A DNA stretch of 64,000 nt from Felis catus (Eukaryota): the NCBI RefSeq assembly GCF_018350175.1, contig NC_058368.1, forward strand, positions 26,972,001-27,036,000. The letters are read 5' to 3'. The position numbers and the translations under genes are program-made. Positions 49,742 through 61,526 of this stretch are shown in pieces. Each line of letters starts with the position of its first letter. The first letter of the stretch is position 1. The notes under the pieces are model-generated. The model saw nothing but the letters and a program-made list of their open reading frames with translations. It searched no databases and was not told where the DNA came from.

Positions 49742-52700
49742 GTGTACAGGGGTTCTCTTTTCTCCATCTCCTTGCCGATATTTATTATCTCTTATATTCC
49801 TGATCATAGCCATTCTAACAGGTGTAGGTGACATCTTATTGCGGCTTTGATGTGCATTTCCCTGATGATTAGTGATGCTGAGTGCCTTTTCATGTACCAA
49901 GCAAATTTTAGGACTTTTAAAACTTTCCATGGAAAAATGCCATTGGAATTTTGATAGAGATTACATTGAATCTGTAGAATGTATGAACATCTTAAGAGTA
50001 TTAATTCTTCCAGTCTGTGATCACAGAATTTCTTGGTTTTTGTCTTCTTTGATTTCTTTCATCAGTGTCTTATAGTTTTTAGTTTATAGATCTTTCATCT
50101 CCTAGGTTATATTTATTCCTAAGTATTTTATTATTTTTGATGCTATGGTAAGTGAGGTTGTTTTCTTAATTTCTTTCTGATACTTCATTGTTCATGTATA
50201 GAAATGCACAGAGTTTTTATATATTGATTATGTATCCTGAAACATAATTGAATTCATTTATTAATTCCTAATAGTTTTTTTTGGTAGAGTCTGTAGGGTT
50301 TTTGATATACAGTATAATGTCCTATCATCCATAAATAGAGACAGTTTTACTTCTTCCTTTGTAATTTGGATATCTTTTATCTCTTTCTCTTGCCTATTTG
50401 CTCTGGCTAGGACTTCCAGTACTGTGTTAAATAGAAGTGGCAAGAGTAGGCATCCTTGTGTTGTTCCTGACGTTAGAGGAAAAGTGTTCAGCTTTTCACC
50501 ATTGAGTGTAATGTTAGCTGCGAGCTCACCATATATGGCCTTTATTACGAAGGTACCTTCTGTTTATACTCAGTTTGTTGAGATTTTATTATGAATCTTG
50601 TCAGATGGTTTTATGTATCTGTTGAGAGAATCATATGATTTATTATCCTTTATTTTGTTAATGTGGTATATCACATCGATTGTTTAGTGGATATTGAAAC
50701 ATCCTTGCATTCCTGGAATAAATCCCACTTGATCATGGTATATGATTCTTTCAGTATTCAGTTTGCTGATATTTTTTGAGGCTTTTTGCATCTGTGTTCA
50801 TCAGACATATTGGCCTGTATTTTCTTTTATTGTGGTGTTTTTGTCTAGCTTTGGTATCAGGGTAATGCTGGCCTTTTTAAATGAGTTTGGAAATGTTCCC
50901 CCTGCTCCTGTTTTTTGGAAGAGTTTGAGAAGAATTAATGTTATTCTTTAAAGGTTTGGTAAAATCTACCAGTGAAACCATCTGATCCCGGACTTTTGTT
51001 TGCTGGGACGTTTTTCATTACTGAATCAATCTTCTTATTAGTAATTGGTCTGTTCAGATTTTCAGTTTCTTCATGATTCCGTTTTATTAGGTTGTATGTT
51101 TCTAGGAATTTATCCCTTTCTTCCCAATTTGTTGTCATATAATTGTACATAGTAGTCTCTTATAATCCTTTGTATTTGTATGATATCAGTTGTAATGTCT
51201 CCTGTTTCATTTCTAATTTTATTTGAGTACTTTCTTTTTTTCTTGGTGAGTCTAGCTAAGTTTTGTCTATTTTATCTTTTCAAAACACCAACTCTTCAAT
51301 TACTTTTAAATCTCCATTTCACTTATTTACACTCTGATCTTTGTTATATGCTTTCTTTTACTATTTTTGGGTTTAATTTGTTCTTCTTTCTAGTTCCTTG
51401 AAGTACAAAGTTAGATTTTTTTCTTGATATTTTTTTCTTTTTTTTTTTAACGTTTGTTCATTTTTGAGAGACAGAGACAGAACATGAATTGGGGAGGAGC
51501 AGAGAGAGAGGGAGACATAGAATCTGAAGCCAACACCAGGCTCCGAGATGTCAGCACAGAGCCTGATACAGGGCTCAAACTCACAGGCTGTGTGATCATG
51601 ACCTGAGCCAAAGTTGGATGCTTAACCAACTGAGCCACCCAGGTGCCCCGATTGAGATTTTTTTCTCTTAATGAAAGTGTTTATTGCTATAAACTTTTCT
51701 CTTAGAACTGTTTTGTTGCATCTTACAAGTTTGGGTATGTGTCTCAGTTTTTATTTATCTTAAGATTTTTTTATTTCTCCTTTGATTTCTTCTTTGATCT
51801 CTTGGTTGTTCACTAGCATCTTGTTTAGTCTCCACATATTTGTTCCAGTTTTCTTTTTAAACTGATTTCTAACTTCATACCATTGTGGTTGGAAAAGATG
51901 CTTGGCATGATTTCAGCCTTCTTGAATTAATTAAGACTTGCTTTGGCGCCTAATATATGTTCTGTCTTGGCAAATGTTCCATGTGTGCTTGAATGTATTT
52001 TGCCATTATTGGATGGTTGAAATGTTCTGGAAGTGTTAGGTCCATCTGATCTAATGTGTGGTTTCCTTGTTGATTTTCTGTCTGGTTGATCAATCTATTG
52101 TTGAAAAGGGGTATTGAAGTCTCCAACTATTACTGTATTTTTGTCTATTTTTCCCTAAACATCTGTTAATACTTGCTTTATATATCTAGATACTCCTCTC
52201 TTGGGTGCATAAATATTTACTAATGTTATATCCTCTTGGTGAATTGACCTCTTTATCATTATATAATGGCCTTTGTTTCTTTTTATAGTTTTTGGCTTAA
52301 AGTCTGTTTTGTCTGATAGAAGTATAGCTGTTCCAGCTTTCTTTTGGTTTTCATTTGCATAGAACATCTTTTTATATTACTTCACTTTTAGTTTATGTGT
52401 CCTTGAAGCTGAAATAAATCTTTCATAGGTGGCATATAGTTGAGTCTTGTTTTTTTGTTTTGTTTTGTTTTCTTTTCTTTTTTACTTTTTTCCATTGAGT
52501 CACTGTGTCTTTTAGTTGGAGAATTTAGTCCATTTGTATTTAAAATAGTTATTGATAGGTATAGACTTACTATTGCCATTTTGTTCATTGTTTTCTGATT
52601 GTTTTGTGATTCTTTTGTTCCTCTTATTCATCTTGTGCTCTCTTCCTTTGTGGATTTCTCTAGTGGTATGCTTTGATTCTTTTCTCTTTACCTTTTTTTT

Positions 52701-54800
52701 GTATCTACTTTAAGTATTTGCTTTGTGGTTTCCATGAGGCTTACATAAAATATGTCCTATTTAAAATAGTGTAATTTAAGCTGATGAGAACTTAACTTCA
52801 AATGCATGCAAATGCTCAACATTTTTCAACCCCTCCCCACATTTTGTATTTTTAGTATCAAAATTTATATCTTTATCTTGTGAATCCATAAGATACAATT
52901 TCTATAATTTTGTGTTTTATCTTGTGTAGCTCTGTCTTTGAGTTCACTGATCCTTTCTACCACTTGATCTGGCCTACTATTCAAGTTCTCAATTGAATTT
53001 TTCAGTTTAATTATTGTATTTTTCCACTGTGTGATTTCTATTTTGTACTTTTTAATATTTTCTATCTCTGTTGAAACTCTCACTTTGTCCATGAATTACT
53101 CTTCTGACTTGGTAAGCATTTTAATGCTTTTGTGTCTTAATCTTCATGCTAGAATTATAAGCGATTTACCCACCATCGTAACAGTATTTAGAGTATTGTA
53201 AATTTAACTAAATATTTATTTTTACCAGTCAGTTTTATACTTTTATATGTTTTCCTGTTACTAATTAGCATCCTTTTATTTCATCCTGTAGAACTTCCTT
53301 TAACGTTTCTTGTAAAAGTGACTTAGTGTTGTTGAATTCCTTCAGCTTTTGCTTGCCTAGAACACTCTTTTTATTTCTCCTTCAATTCTGAAGGATGGTG
53401 TTGCCAGGTAGAGGATTCTTGGTTGGCAGTTTTTTCTTGTTGTTGTTTGTTTAACATTAAATATATCATCTCACTCCCTCAGGGCCTACAAGACTTCTGA
53501 TGAAAAATCTTATAGTCTTACAAGGGTTCCCTTGTATGTAGCAGATTGTTTTTCTCTTAATGCTTTTCAGACTCTCTCCCTGTCTTTAACTTGTCAAAAT
53601 TTTAATTATAATGTGTCTTGGTGTGATCTCTCTGGATTCTTTTTATTTGGTAATTTCTGGGCTTTCTGGATCTGGGTGTCGATTTCTTTCCCCAAGTTGG
53701 GGGTATGTAGAGCCATTATTTTTCTGAATAAGCTTTCTGCTCATTTCTCTCTCCTTCTGGGACCCCTATAATGCATATGTTGATCTGTTTGATGGTATCC
53801 TATAAGTCCCTTACACTATCTTCACTTTTTTTTCATTCCTTTTGCCTTTTGCTCTACTAATTAGTTGAATTTCACCCCCTTGTCTTTGAGTTCACTGCTC
53901 CTTTCTTCCACTTGATCTGGTCTACTGGTGAACATCTCAGTTGAAGTTTTCAGTTTAATTACTGTATTTTTCAGCTCTGTGATTTCTGTCTCTGATATTT
54001 TCTGTCTCTGTTGAAACTCTCACTTTGTGCATGCATTACTTTTCTGACTTTGGTGAACATATTTATGACCACTATTTTGAATTCTGTCAGGTAAATCACT
54101 TATCTCTGTTTCATTAAGGTCTGTTTCTGGAGATTTACTTTATTCTTTTGTTTGGAACATATTTTTATATTTATTCAAGGTACTTGGCTCCTTGTGGTGG
54201 TTTCTGCGCATTAAATGAAGCATCCATCTCTCCTCGTCTTGATAGAGTGGTCTGTGGAAGAGGTGAATCTTGTCAATCAGCCTGGCCCAAGCTTCTTGTT
54301 ATCTCTTAAACTTTTGTAATTGTCCAAGCTACCTTCTTTGTTCTTAGTCACTCCCAGAAATTAAAGGTGTGCCAAGGCCTGTCAGTTTCTCAGAGGGGAA
54401 GACCGCATTCATTACTTAGATGGAGGCTGACTGAAAGCTGGACCCTCAGGCAGCAGCTTAGGTAAGTATATAATTAAGCCCTTTCTAGGGTCAAATTGGG
54501 AGATGAGTGTTTTTTCCCTGCTTCTTCTGCACTGGGTCCAAATGTATACTGCTAGGGAATAGGGGTGCTCCTGTGCCCTACTCCTACAAAAACCACTGTT
54601 TTGTTCGCTACAGTCCTGTAGGACTCATGAATGCAAGCCCCATTAGTTGTCAGAGTCCAGTGATCCAGGTTCTGTCCCTGAGAAATAGCCACAAAAGTTA
54701 GAGAGGGTATAAGACCTTTTAGGGAGATACAGGTGACATGGAGATGGCTAGAGGGAGAAGGTGAGGGATGTAATTGCCAGCTTTTCCAGTTCTATGGAGG
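49742..54800 (-). mobile_element. L1MA-like LINE-1, inner layer: decayed ORF2 (RT, EN), ORF1 and 5' UTR; 3' UTR missing
   Basis: ORF-track peptides [22 protein letters not shown]...[10 protein letters not shown] (RT), ENLNRPIT...[32 protein letters not shown]...GHYIMIKRSIHQEDITLVNIYAP (EN), LSITILNTNGLNSPTKRH (ORF2 start); many stops and frameshifts. Confidence 0.92.
51438..51649 (-). mobile_element. CAN-SINE (SINEC_Fc family)
   Basis: aactgagccacccaggtgcccc end; TSD ttga(t/g)attttt. Confidence 0.95.
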
Positions 54801-55105
54801 GTAGCCAGTTCCTTAGTTTTTAAAATTTACTTCTTTTCAAGCTTTTTTTTTTTAGCATAGATTGTTCATTTTAAACCATTCTTATTTTTTAAGATATGCT
54901 TTTCTTAAAGATACAGATTTTCCCCTAAGCACTCTAGTTAAGTTCACAAATTTTTTATATGTTATGTTTTTGTTATTGTAAAGTTATAAATATTTTCTAA
55001 TTTCTTTTATGATTTCTTTCTTAGACTCATAAACTATTTAAAATTGTGTTGCTTCATTTCTAAATAATTGGCTCAGATTCCCTAGACCTCTTGATGTTGA
55101 TTTCT

Positions 55106-55276
55106 GAGGCACCTGGGTGGCTCAGTCCATTGAGCATCTGACTCTTGATTTTGGCTCATGGTTCTGAGATCAAGTCCCTCATCAGGCTCTGTGCTGGGTG
55201 TTGAACTTGCTTAGGATTCTCTCCCTCTGCCCGCCCCTGCATGTGCACATACACACACTCTCTCTCACAAAACAAA
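55106..55276 (+). mobile_element. CAN-SINE (older subfamily)
   Basis: ggcacctgggtggctcagtcc head; TSD at(g/a)ttgatttct. Confidence 0.9.
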
Positions 55277-55496
55277 TATTGATTTCTAATTTAAATTCTT
55301 TTAAATATTTGTGTGTGTCATACATATTCTGCATGATATTTTAAAGTTTATTGAGATTTGTTTTATGTTCTAATTTGTGGTATGTTTTATTGAGTATTCT
55401 ATAAAGTACTTGACAAGCATGCATGTGTGAAATCTGCATTGTTTAGTATTCTATATATATTTTAAGTTAAATTTGGTTAACTGTTTTTCAAACTTT

Positions 55497-55525
55497 ATAT
55501 ATATATATATATATACACACACACT
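55497..55525. repeat. (TA)n(CA)n microsatellite
   Basis: Direct reading. Confidence 0.9.
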
Positions 55526-58434
55526 ATTTTTTTCTATATTTTTATCACCTCCTGAGATATTTTTATAAATGTCCAATTATGTGTGAATTTTTCTATTTCT
55601 CCCCTAATTTCTATCAGTTTTTTGCTTCATGTATATTAAAATTCTTAAGTGCATATATATTTGGATTGTTACTTTTTATTAATGAAGTGGTCCTCTAAGT
55701 CATACCCCTTTATTATTCTAAAATAACTCAATTTTTATCTAGTAATATTCATTTGCTTGAAGTACTTTGATATTTATATAGCCACATCAGCTTTCTTATG
55801 TTTCATATTACATGATATATATTTTTTCCATTCTTTTTTTCAACATGTGTTTTTACATCGAATGTGTATCATTTTTATAGAGCATGTAATCGTGTGCTTT
55901 CTTACCTAGTTTGATGATCTATGCCTTGTAATTTGATGATTTAGTCTTTGTATATTTAATGTAATTTTGGTGTTTGTGTTTGTGCAACCTTGGTATTTCG
56001 TTTTTATTTCTTCTTTTATGTTATTTTGTTCCTTCTTTCTTGACCTTTTTTAGTTGAATATTTTTAGTACCTCTTACATCCTTAACTTTTTATTTTTTTT
56101 TCTAAATGATAGAAAACTTATAATTGGAAGTCATACCTATTTCCCAGCTGCCTTTAGTTCCTCAAAATAAATGTTTCAGTAAATAATCATTGACAATGAA
56201 ACATTTACTGCTAAAGAGACATGAGATTAGAGAAACCAATTTATGATATGTTTATGAATACCTATAAATTAAATAATCAGATCACTTCCTGATAAACCAT
56301 AAATAGCTCTTTATTTTTCAAATCTATCATCTATCCATCTATCATATATCTGTCATCTCCATTCTTTTCTAATAGCTTTCATTTGTATCTCTTGAATTAT
56401 TTTTTAATACTTGCTCTAAAGATTACAATATTTAGTTTTATCTCACTGCAAACTACCTTCAGTTAATGCTATAAAGTGCATATAGAATGGAAGAATCTTG
56501 TAACAGTACCTTTCTGTTTTCATCCCTTTGCTTTTGTGCTATTGATGTCTCATATTTTTCTTCTAGATGTTTTAAAATGCAGAATACATTGCTATTGCTA
56601 TTATTGAAATGCTATTGCTTTGCATTAGTGAACTGACTTAAAAATCAAAGTAAAAAAGTAGGATTTTATATCTATCCATATATTAATTGTTTCTGTCTTT
56701 TGTTCTTTCCTGGAGATCTCAATATCCAATATATCTCAAATGATATCAGTACCATTTCTCTTTAGTCAAAAATTTTCCTTTAGTCTCTGTTGTTATGCAG
56801 ATCTACTATAAATGGCTTTTGCTTACCCAAAAGTATCTTCATTTTGTCTTCATTTTTGAAGTGAAATGTACTGAAGGCTATTTTTTTGCCAAGTACAGAA
56901 GTTTACATGTTTTCCTATCAGCACTCTAAAAATGTTATTCCATTGTCTCTTGGCCTTCATTATTTCTAACAGTGGATCTGTTATCATTCTCTTCTCTTCA
57001 ATTTTCTTCTCTGTCTCGGTGCGTGTATATAGGCTGTTTTTCATTTCTTTATATTTTCTTTTTTAGAGTGTAAATATGACTTTTCTTAAGCTGTGGTTTT
57101 CTTTTTATTTATACCGGACTTGCCATTGTTGTTTTTGACAAACTGTAAAATTTTTGGTCAGTGTTTTTTTCTGCAGATAGTTTTCTTGTTCCAGTATGTC
57201 TCTTCACTCCTCTGAGGTTTCCAGTTACAAGTATGGTAGACTACTTTGGGATTACCCTCCGTCTGCTGAGACTCTCTAATAATAACAAATGTATTTATTT
57301 CTGCTTCCTGTGCTTTTGTTTGGATGATTTCTGTTGACTTCATTTCCAGTTTATTGATTCCTTTTTGTGGACAGTTTGCTGTTAATTCCATCTATTAAAA
57401 GTTTTAATTTCAGGCACTGTGTTTTTCATTTTAGGATTTCCATGTGTCCTGTTTTTATAGTTTTTATACTTTTCCTGTTATTCCCTATCTAGTCACCTTT
57501 AGACCTCAATTCTCTTATAGCTTTTGTAACATCTTTATCATAATTCAAAGATTTTTTGTTTGCTAATTCCAACATCATAGTTTCCATTAGCCTGAATTTT
57601 CTCTTGACTATCACATTTTCTTATGTATGTTTATGTCTAATGGATTTTTATTGCGTACTACTAGCGTGGATATTTTGTAGATACTCTGCATTATGTTATT
57701 TTCTTCTGAATACTTCTGAGTTGTGTTGTAGCAGCCAGTTATGTTTCATAATAATCGTGTTAAACTTTTGGAGCTTGGTATTAGGCTTTGTTAGGTCTAT
57801 TTTGGTTTTGCCTTTAGTCCTAGGACAAATAGGACAAATAGTCCTATATCAATAGTTTTTCTTCTAACTTGTTGTGGCCCTTCTGTAGTGTCATTGGAAA
57901 GCCCAAGTTGTTTCTCAAGTTCCACGTAAGGTAGCAGGACTTGTACTGCAGATTTAGTTTCCTTTGAGATGAGCAACTATCAAAATGGTTCTTTCTGTGT
58001 TCCACTGGTTGGTTTTCTCCTGTGCACTTTGAAGTCTTGCCCCAGGTATGCACAATTAATAATCAGCCAAGAATTCATATGCAAATTATAGGTCTGGTGT
58101 TTTCCTTCTATGCATTTCTTGTTTCCTGGATCCCCATTCTCACCTGGGCACTTTTTAAAGTGCTCTATTAGCCTCACACAATGTCTTCAGAGTCCTAAGA
58201 TCAATAAGACCATGGATTGCTGCTTGAATTCTGTTTACACTACGCTAGGGGAAAAGATGTATAAAAGTAGATCTTACCGGGTGTGGTTTCTTTCTTTCAA
58301 AGGTCAGCTCTCCTCTTTGTTTGGTTTCTCTTCAGGGCCTTCAAAGAGTTGTTTTTATATTTTGTATAGTTTGTACTTATTTTCAGCAGGAGATTTAGTC
58401 TGAGAAAAGCTATTCCACCATTATTAGAAGTCAG

Positions 58435-58790
58435 ATCTTTTCTCAAGGTCTTGGTTGCTGAGTTTAAACCATTTATAATGATTTTAATTGCTGTTAAATC
58501 AGGACTGATTTCTGCCATCATATTCACATTTTATATTTACTGGGCTTTTTTTTTTCACTCTTCTTTTCTAATTTTCTTTGAATATATCAAATTTTCTTTT
58601 GTTTGAAAAATACTCACTATATTTTTATTCTTCAGGCGCTTTTCCCTAACTTGTTAACATATATTCTTCTTCATTTTTTTCTATTAGTATCTTAATTGTT
58701 GTCCATGATCTTCCCTATCAAGAAAAGTACAATACATATATTTTTGGTGATTTTGTTGTCATTTTGGTATTTTAGAATTTTAGTTCTTTG
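58435..58790 (-). mobile_element. Continuation of the outer old L1 (ORF2 start)
   Basis: ORF 58297-58527 peptide MAEISPDLTAIKIIINGLNSATK matches the L1 ORF2 N-terminus. Confidence 0.65.
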
Positions 58791-59120
58791 TTCTCAAGGG
58801 TATTTTCTTCAGGTGTAAGCATGGAGAAGGGCTACAACAGCCTGTTGTAGTTTACTGTTTTGCCATTAATTGCATATAGCTTCTTTTAAGATAAAATGTA
58901 TTCCTCTGGATACAGCATCATTGTTTTAAAAATGTAAAACTGAGACACTACTAAAGGAATGGCTTCTAAAGGAAGGCTGATATAGAATTTTAAACATTGT
59001 GTACTTTTTATAGTCGAGATTCTTTTTTGAACAAACATCAGGGGAAAACAAAAGAGAGTCTTCATTTAGAACTTAATGTAAATTCTCTTAACTCCTAGCA
59101 TATCACCTGTTTATTATACA

Positions 59121-59326
59121 TGTTTTGAATGTTTATTTATTTTGAGAGACAGATAGAGAGTGACTGGGGGAGGGGCTGAGAGAAGAGGGGAGAGAAAGAA
59201 TCTCAAGCATTCTCTGCACTCTCAGCACAAAGCCCAACAGGGAGTTCGAAACCACGAACTGTGAGATCGTGACCTGAGCCAAAACCAAGAGTCAGATGCT
59301 TACCCGACTGAGCCACCCAAGCACCC
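59121..59326 (-). mobile_element. CAN-SINE (SINEC)
   Basis: ccgactgagccacccaagcaccc end; TSD tgtttatta. Confidence 0.95.
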
Positions 59327-60084
59327 TTGTTTATTAAAAATTTTACCTTGAGTGTCTCAGCTACTGAGTAAAAATCTACTATTGAGAAATAATGTTGACA
59401 TATTCTATAGATCTCAGTTAAGAATAAGCTTATCTCTGGGCTTTCTGACAATAGAAGAAATATGTGTAACATTCCCAGAGAAGCCTAAAAGAGGTAACTG
59501 ATAATACTATCTAAAGCTGCCTGGATTTATGGTCCTGATGAGTGGTTGCTATGCAGGGGGACAACCACATTTCTGGTTACCCATAAATGAAGGGGATAAG
59601 TAAAAATAAAGTGAGTGGAATGAGAGAAAAAAGCTAAATTCTTGGGTGGAAAAATTATTCCATATTCTTTGTGTTTCTGTAGAGGAGAGTAAATTTGTAC
59701 ACTTTGCTTGAGGACGGAAGAATATGGAAGGAGCACTACCCATTTCACCGTGTCTTTTCATTCGTTCTCCTGATGGGTTTGAGGCTCCTTGAGAGATTTG
59801 TTAGGGATTAGGAATTGGGTATGCCCCCTACTTTGAAATCTCCCATCAGTAGTTTTCTAGCTATGCCAGTGAATAAGTTTAATCCTTCACTAGAATGGTA
59901 GCCAATCTTTTGACAGCTAATATAAAGCCATGTTCTGCAATCAGATTGAATAGTAAAACACTGATATCTTTATCCCCTACTTATTTGCATCATTTGCCTT
60001 CTTACTTTGTTTGGAACTTCAGAGTATCATTTGTCAGTCCTTTAAAATACAACTGTACCCAGTTTGTATGATGATGAATATGAT

Positions 60085-60393
60085 AACAGTATTTCAAAGC
60101 ACTAAAAAACAGTGCACACCATTCATACATGCAACAATTTGGATGGATCTAAAGGGAATTATGCTGAATGAGAAAAAAGACAATCTGAAGAAGTTATATA
60201 GTGTACGATTCTATTTATATAACATTCTTGAAATGATACAGCTATAGAGATGGAGAGTACATTAGTGGTGACCAGGAGACAGGGATGGACAGGGGAGCAG
60301 CATAGGAACGTTCCTTGGTGGGGAGAGAATTCTGCATCTTGATGGTAATGGTGGTTACATGAATTTATGCAGGGGAGAAGATTGCATGGAAAT

Positions 60394-60433
<40 letters not shown>

Positions 60434-60630
60434 GTGCATGGTAAAGTCAGTTAAGTCTGAAAAAGGCCTGTAATCTGTAGAAGAGTATTGTACCAATGTA
60501 GTTTTCTGGATTTGATGTTGTGTCATACATGTTACCGTTTGAGGGAAACTGAGCTAAAGGTACACAGAACTCTCTATTATTTTTATGATTTTCTGTGAGT
60601 TTTTTATTATTTCAAATAAAAGGTAAAAAC
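60085..60630 (+). mobile_element. L1MC-like 3' UTR with internal (CA)n at 60397-60432
   Basis: catgcaacaatttggatggatctaaagggaattatgctgaatg; ttctgcatcttgatggtaatggtggttacatgaatt; gggaaactgagctaaaggtacacagaactctct. Confidence 0.88.
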
Positions 60631-61189
60631 ACAAAAATATTGTGCAAACACTGTCAATTAATCTAAGTCCCTCCATACCTAAAAGCCAACAAGCAGGGGG
60701 ATGAGTTAGAACTTAACAAAGCTGGGCATGCTATGAGAGTCTTTGCTGTCATCTGTTTTGTCTCAGCTAAAATCGTGACACAAGTAATCTTAAAAACCCA
60801 AGAAAATATCCTAGTAAAGAATGAATTTCTAAAGTTTATTTATCTCTTCCTAAAGACTTTTTTTTTTTTTTTACACTCAAAAGCAGATTTGATTTCTGTC
60901 CTTACTGGATGAGATTGTTGGTGCCCTGCTTCCCGGTTTAAAATCCAAGACTTGCGAAACTGGAGCTTGTTTGTGAGCATAAAAATACATTTTTGTTTAC
61001 TGTTGGCTCTAATAAAATCAAGTGCTTTTTAAAAACAAGTGATTGTTTTGAGGGAAAGAAGTGCAGACTTAGGAACAATTAATGGTTTTGGTAATTATTA
61101 CTCACTGCACAGGTATTAACCAGTGTTCGCTCTTTAGCAGTAAGATACACTTCAAGCCCCTAAATATTCAAAACATGAACTAATTTTTC

Positions 61190-61360
61190 TTCATTATTGA
61201 AATCTCTGTATGCAAACCTAGTAGCATTTGAAAGCTAATCTCCCTATGTGCCAGAGTAATTACAGCAAAGTAAATAATCTCCAGTGTTCTTAGTCCCTAT
61301 AGAAATGGTTTAATATCTTATCTTTCAAAACTGGTTTTTGGCTCATTCAGAAAGCCTGAG
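61190..61360. other. Unassigned dispersed duplicated element, copy B (paralogous to 490-667)
   Basis: Same orientation as copy A; 61230-61327 is 73/98 identical to 529-626 without gaps. Confidence 0.85.
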
Positions 61361-61462
61361 AAAAGTTCTTTAGTATTCAGGAAAGGAGTAACATTGCTAT
61401 TGTACCAGGGCCTTTTCTCCATCAGAGAAGGAGAAAACAAATCCCTTTGCTACTATTCCCAG

Positions 61463-61470
61463 GCGCGCGC

Positions 61471-61501
<31 letters not shown>

Positions 61502-61526
61502 TGCGCGCGCGCGCGCACGCACGTGT
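61463..61526. repeat. (GC)11(GT)9(GC)7 alternating purine-pyrimidine tract
   Basis: Direct reading. Confidence 0.97.

Larger units (their letters stand above)
47290..58432 (-). mobile_element. L1MD/ME-like LINE-1, middle layer (3' UTR at 47.3 kb, ORF2 to 49.7 kb, resuming 54.8-58.4 kb with ORF2 start, ORF1 and 5' UTR)
   Basis: 3' UTR acctgtgtaactactactccaatcaa; ORF1-like peptides MKAKRQWNNIFRVL (56850-57044) and INKLEMKSTEIIQTKAQE (57158-57391); 5'-end-like gctattccaccattattagaagtc. Confidence 0.75.

Noticed and set aside
49742..54800. Active or intact LINE-1
   Set aside because: ORF1 and ORF2 have many stops, frameshifts, deletions and a SINE insertion.
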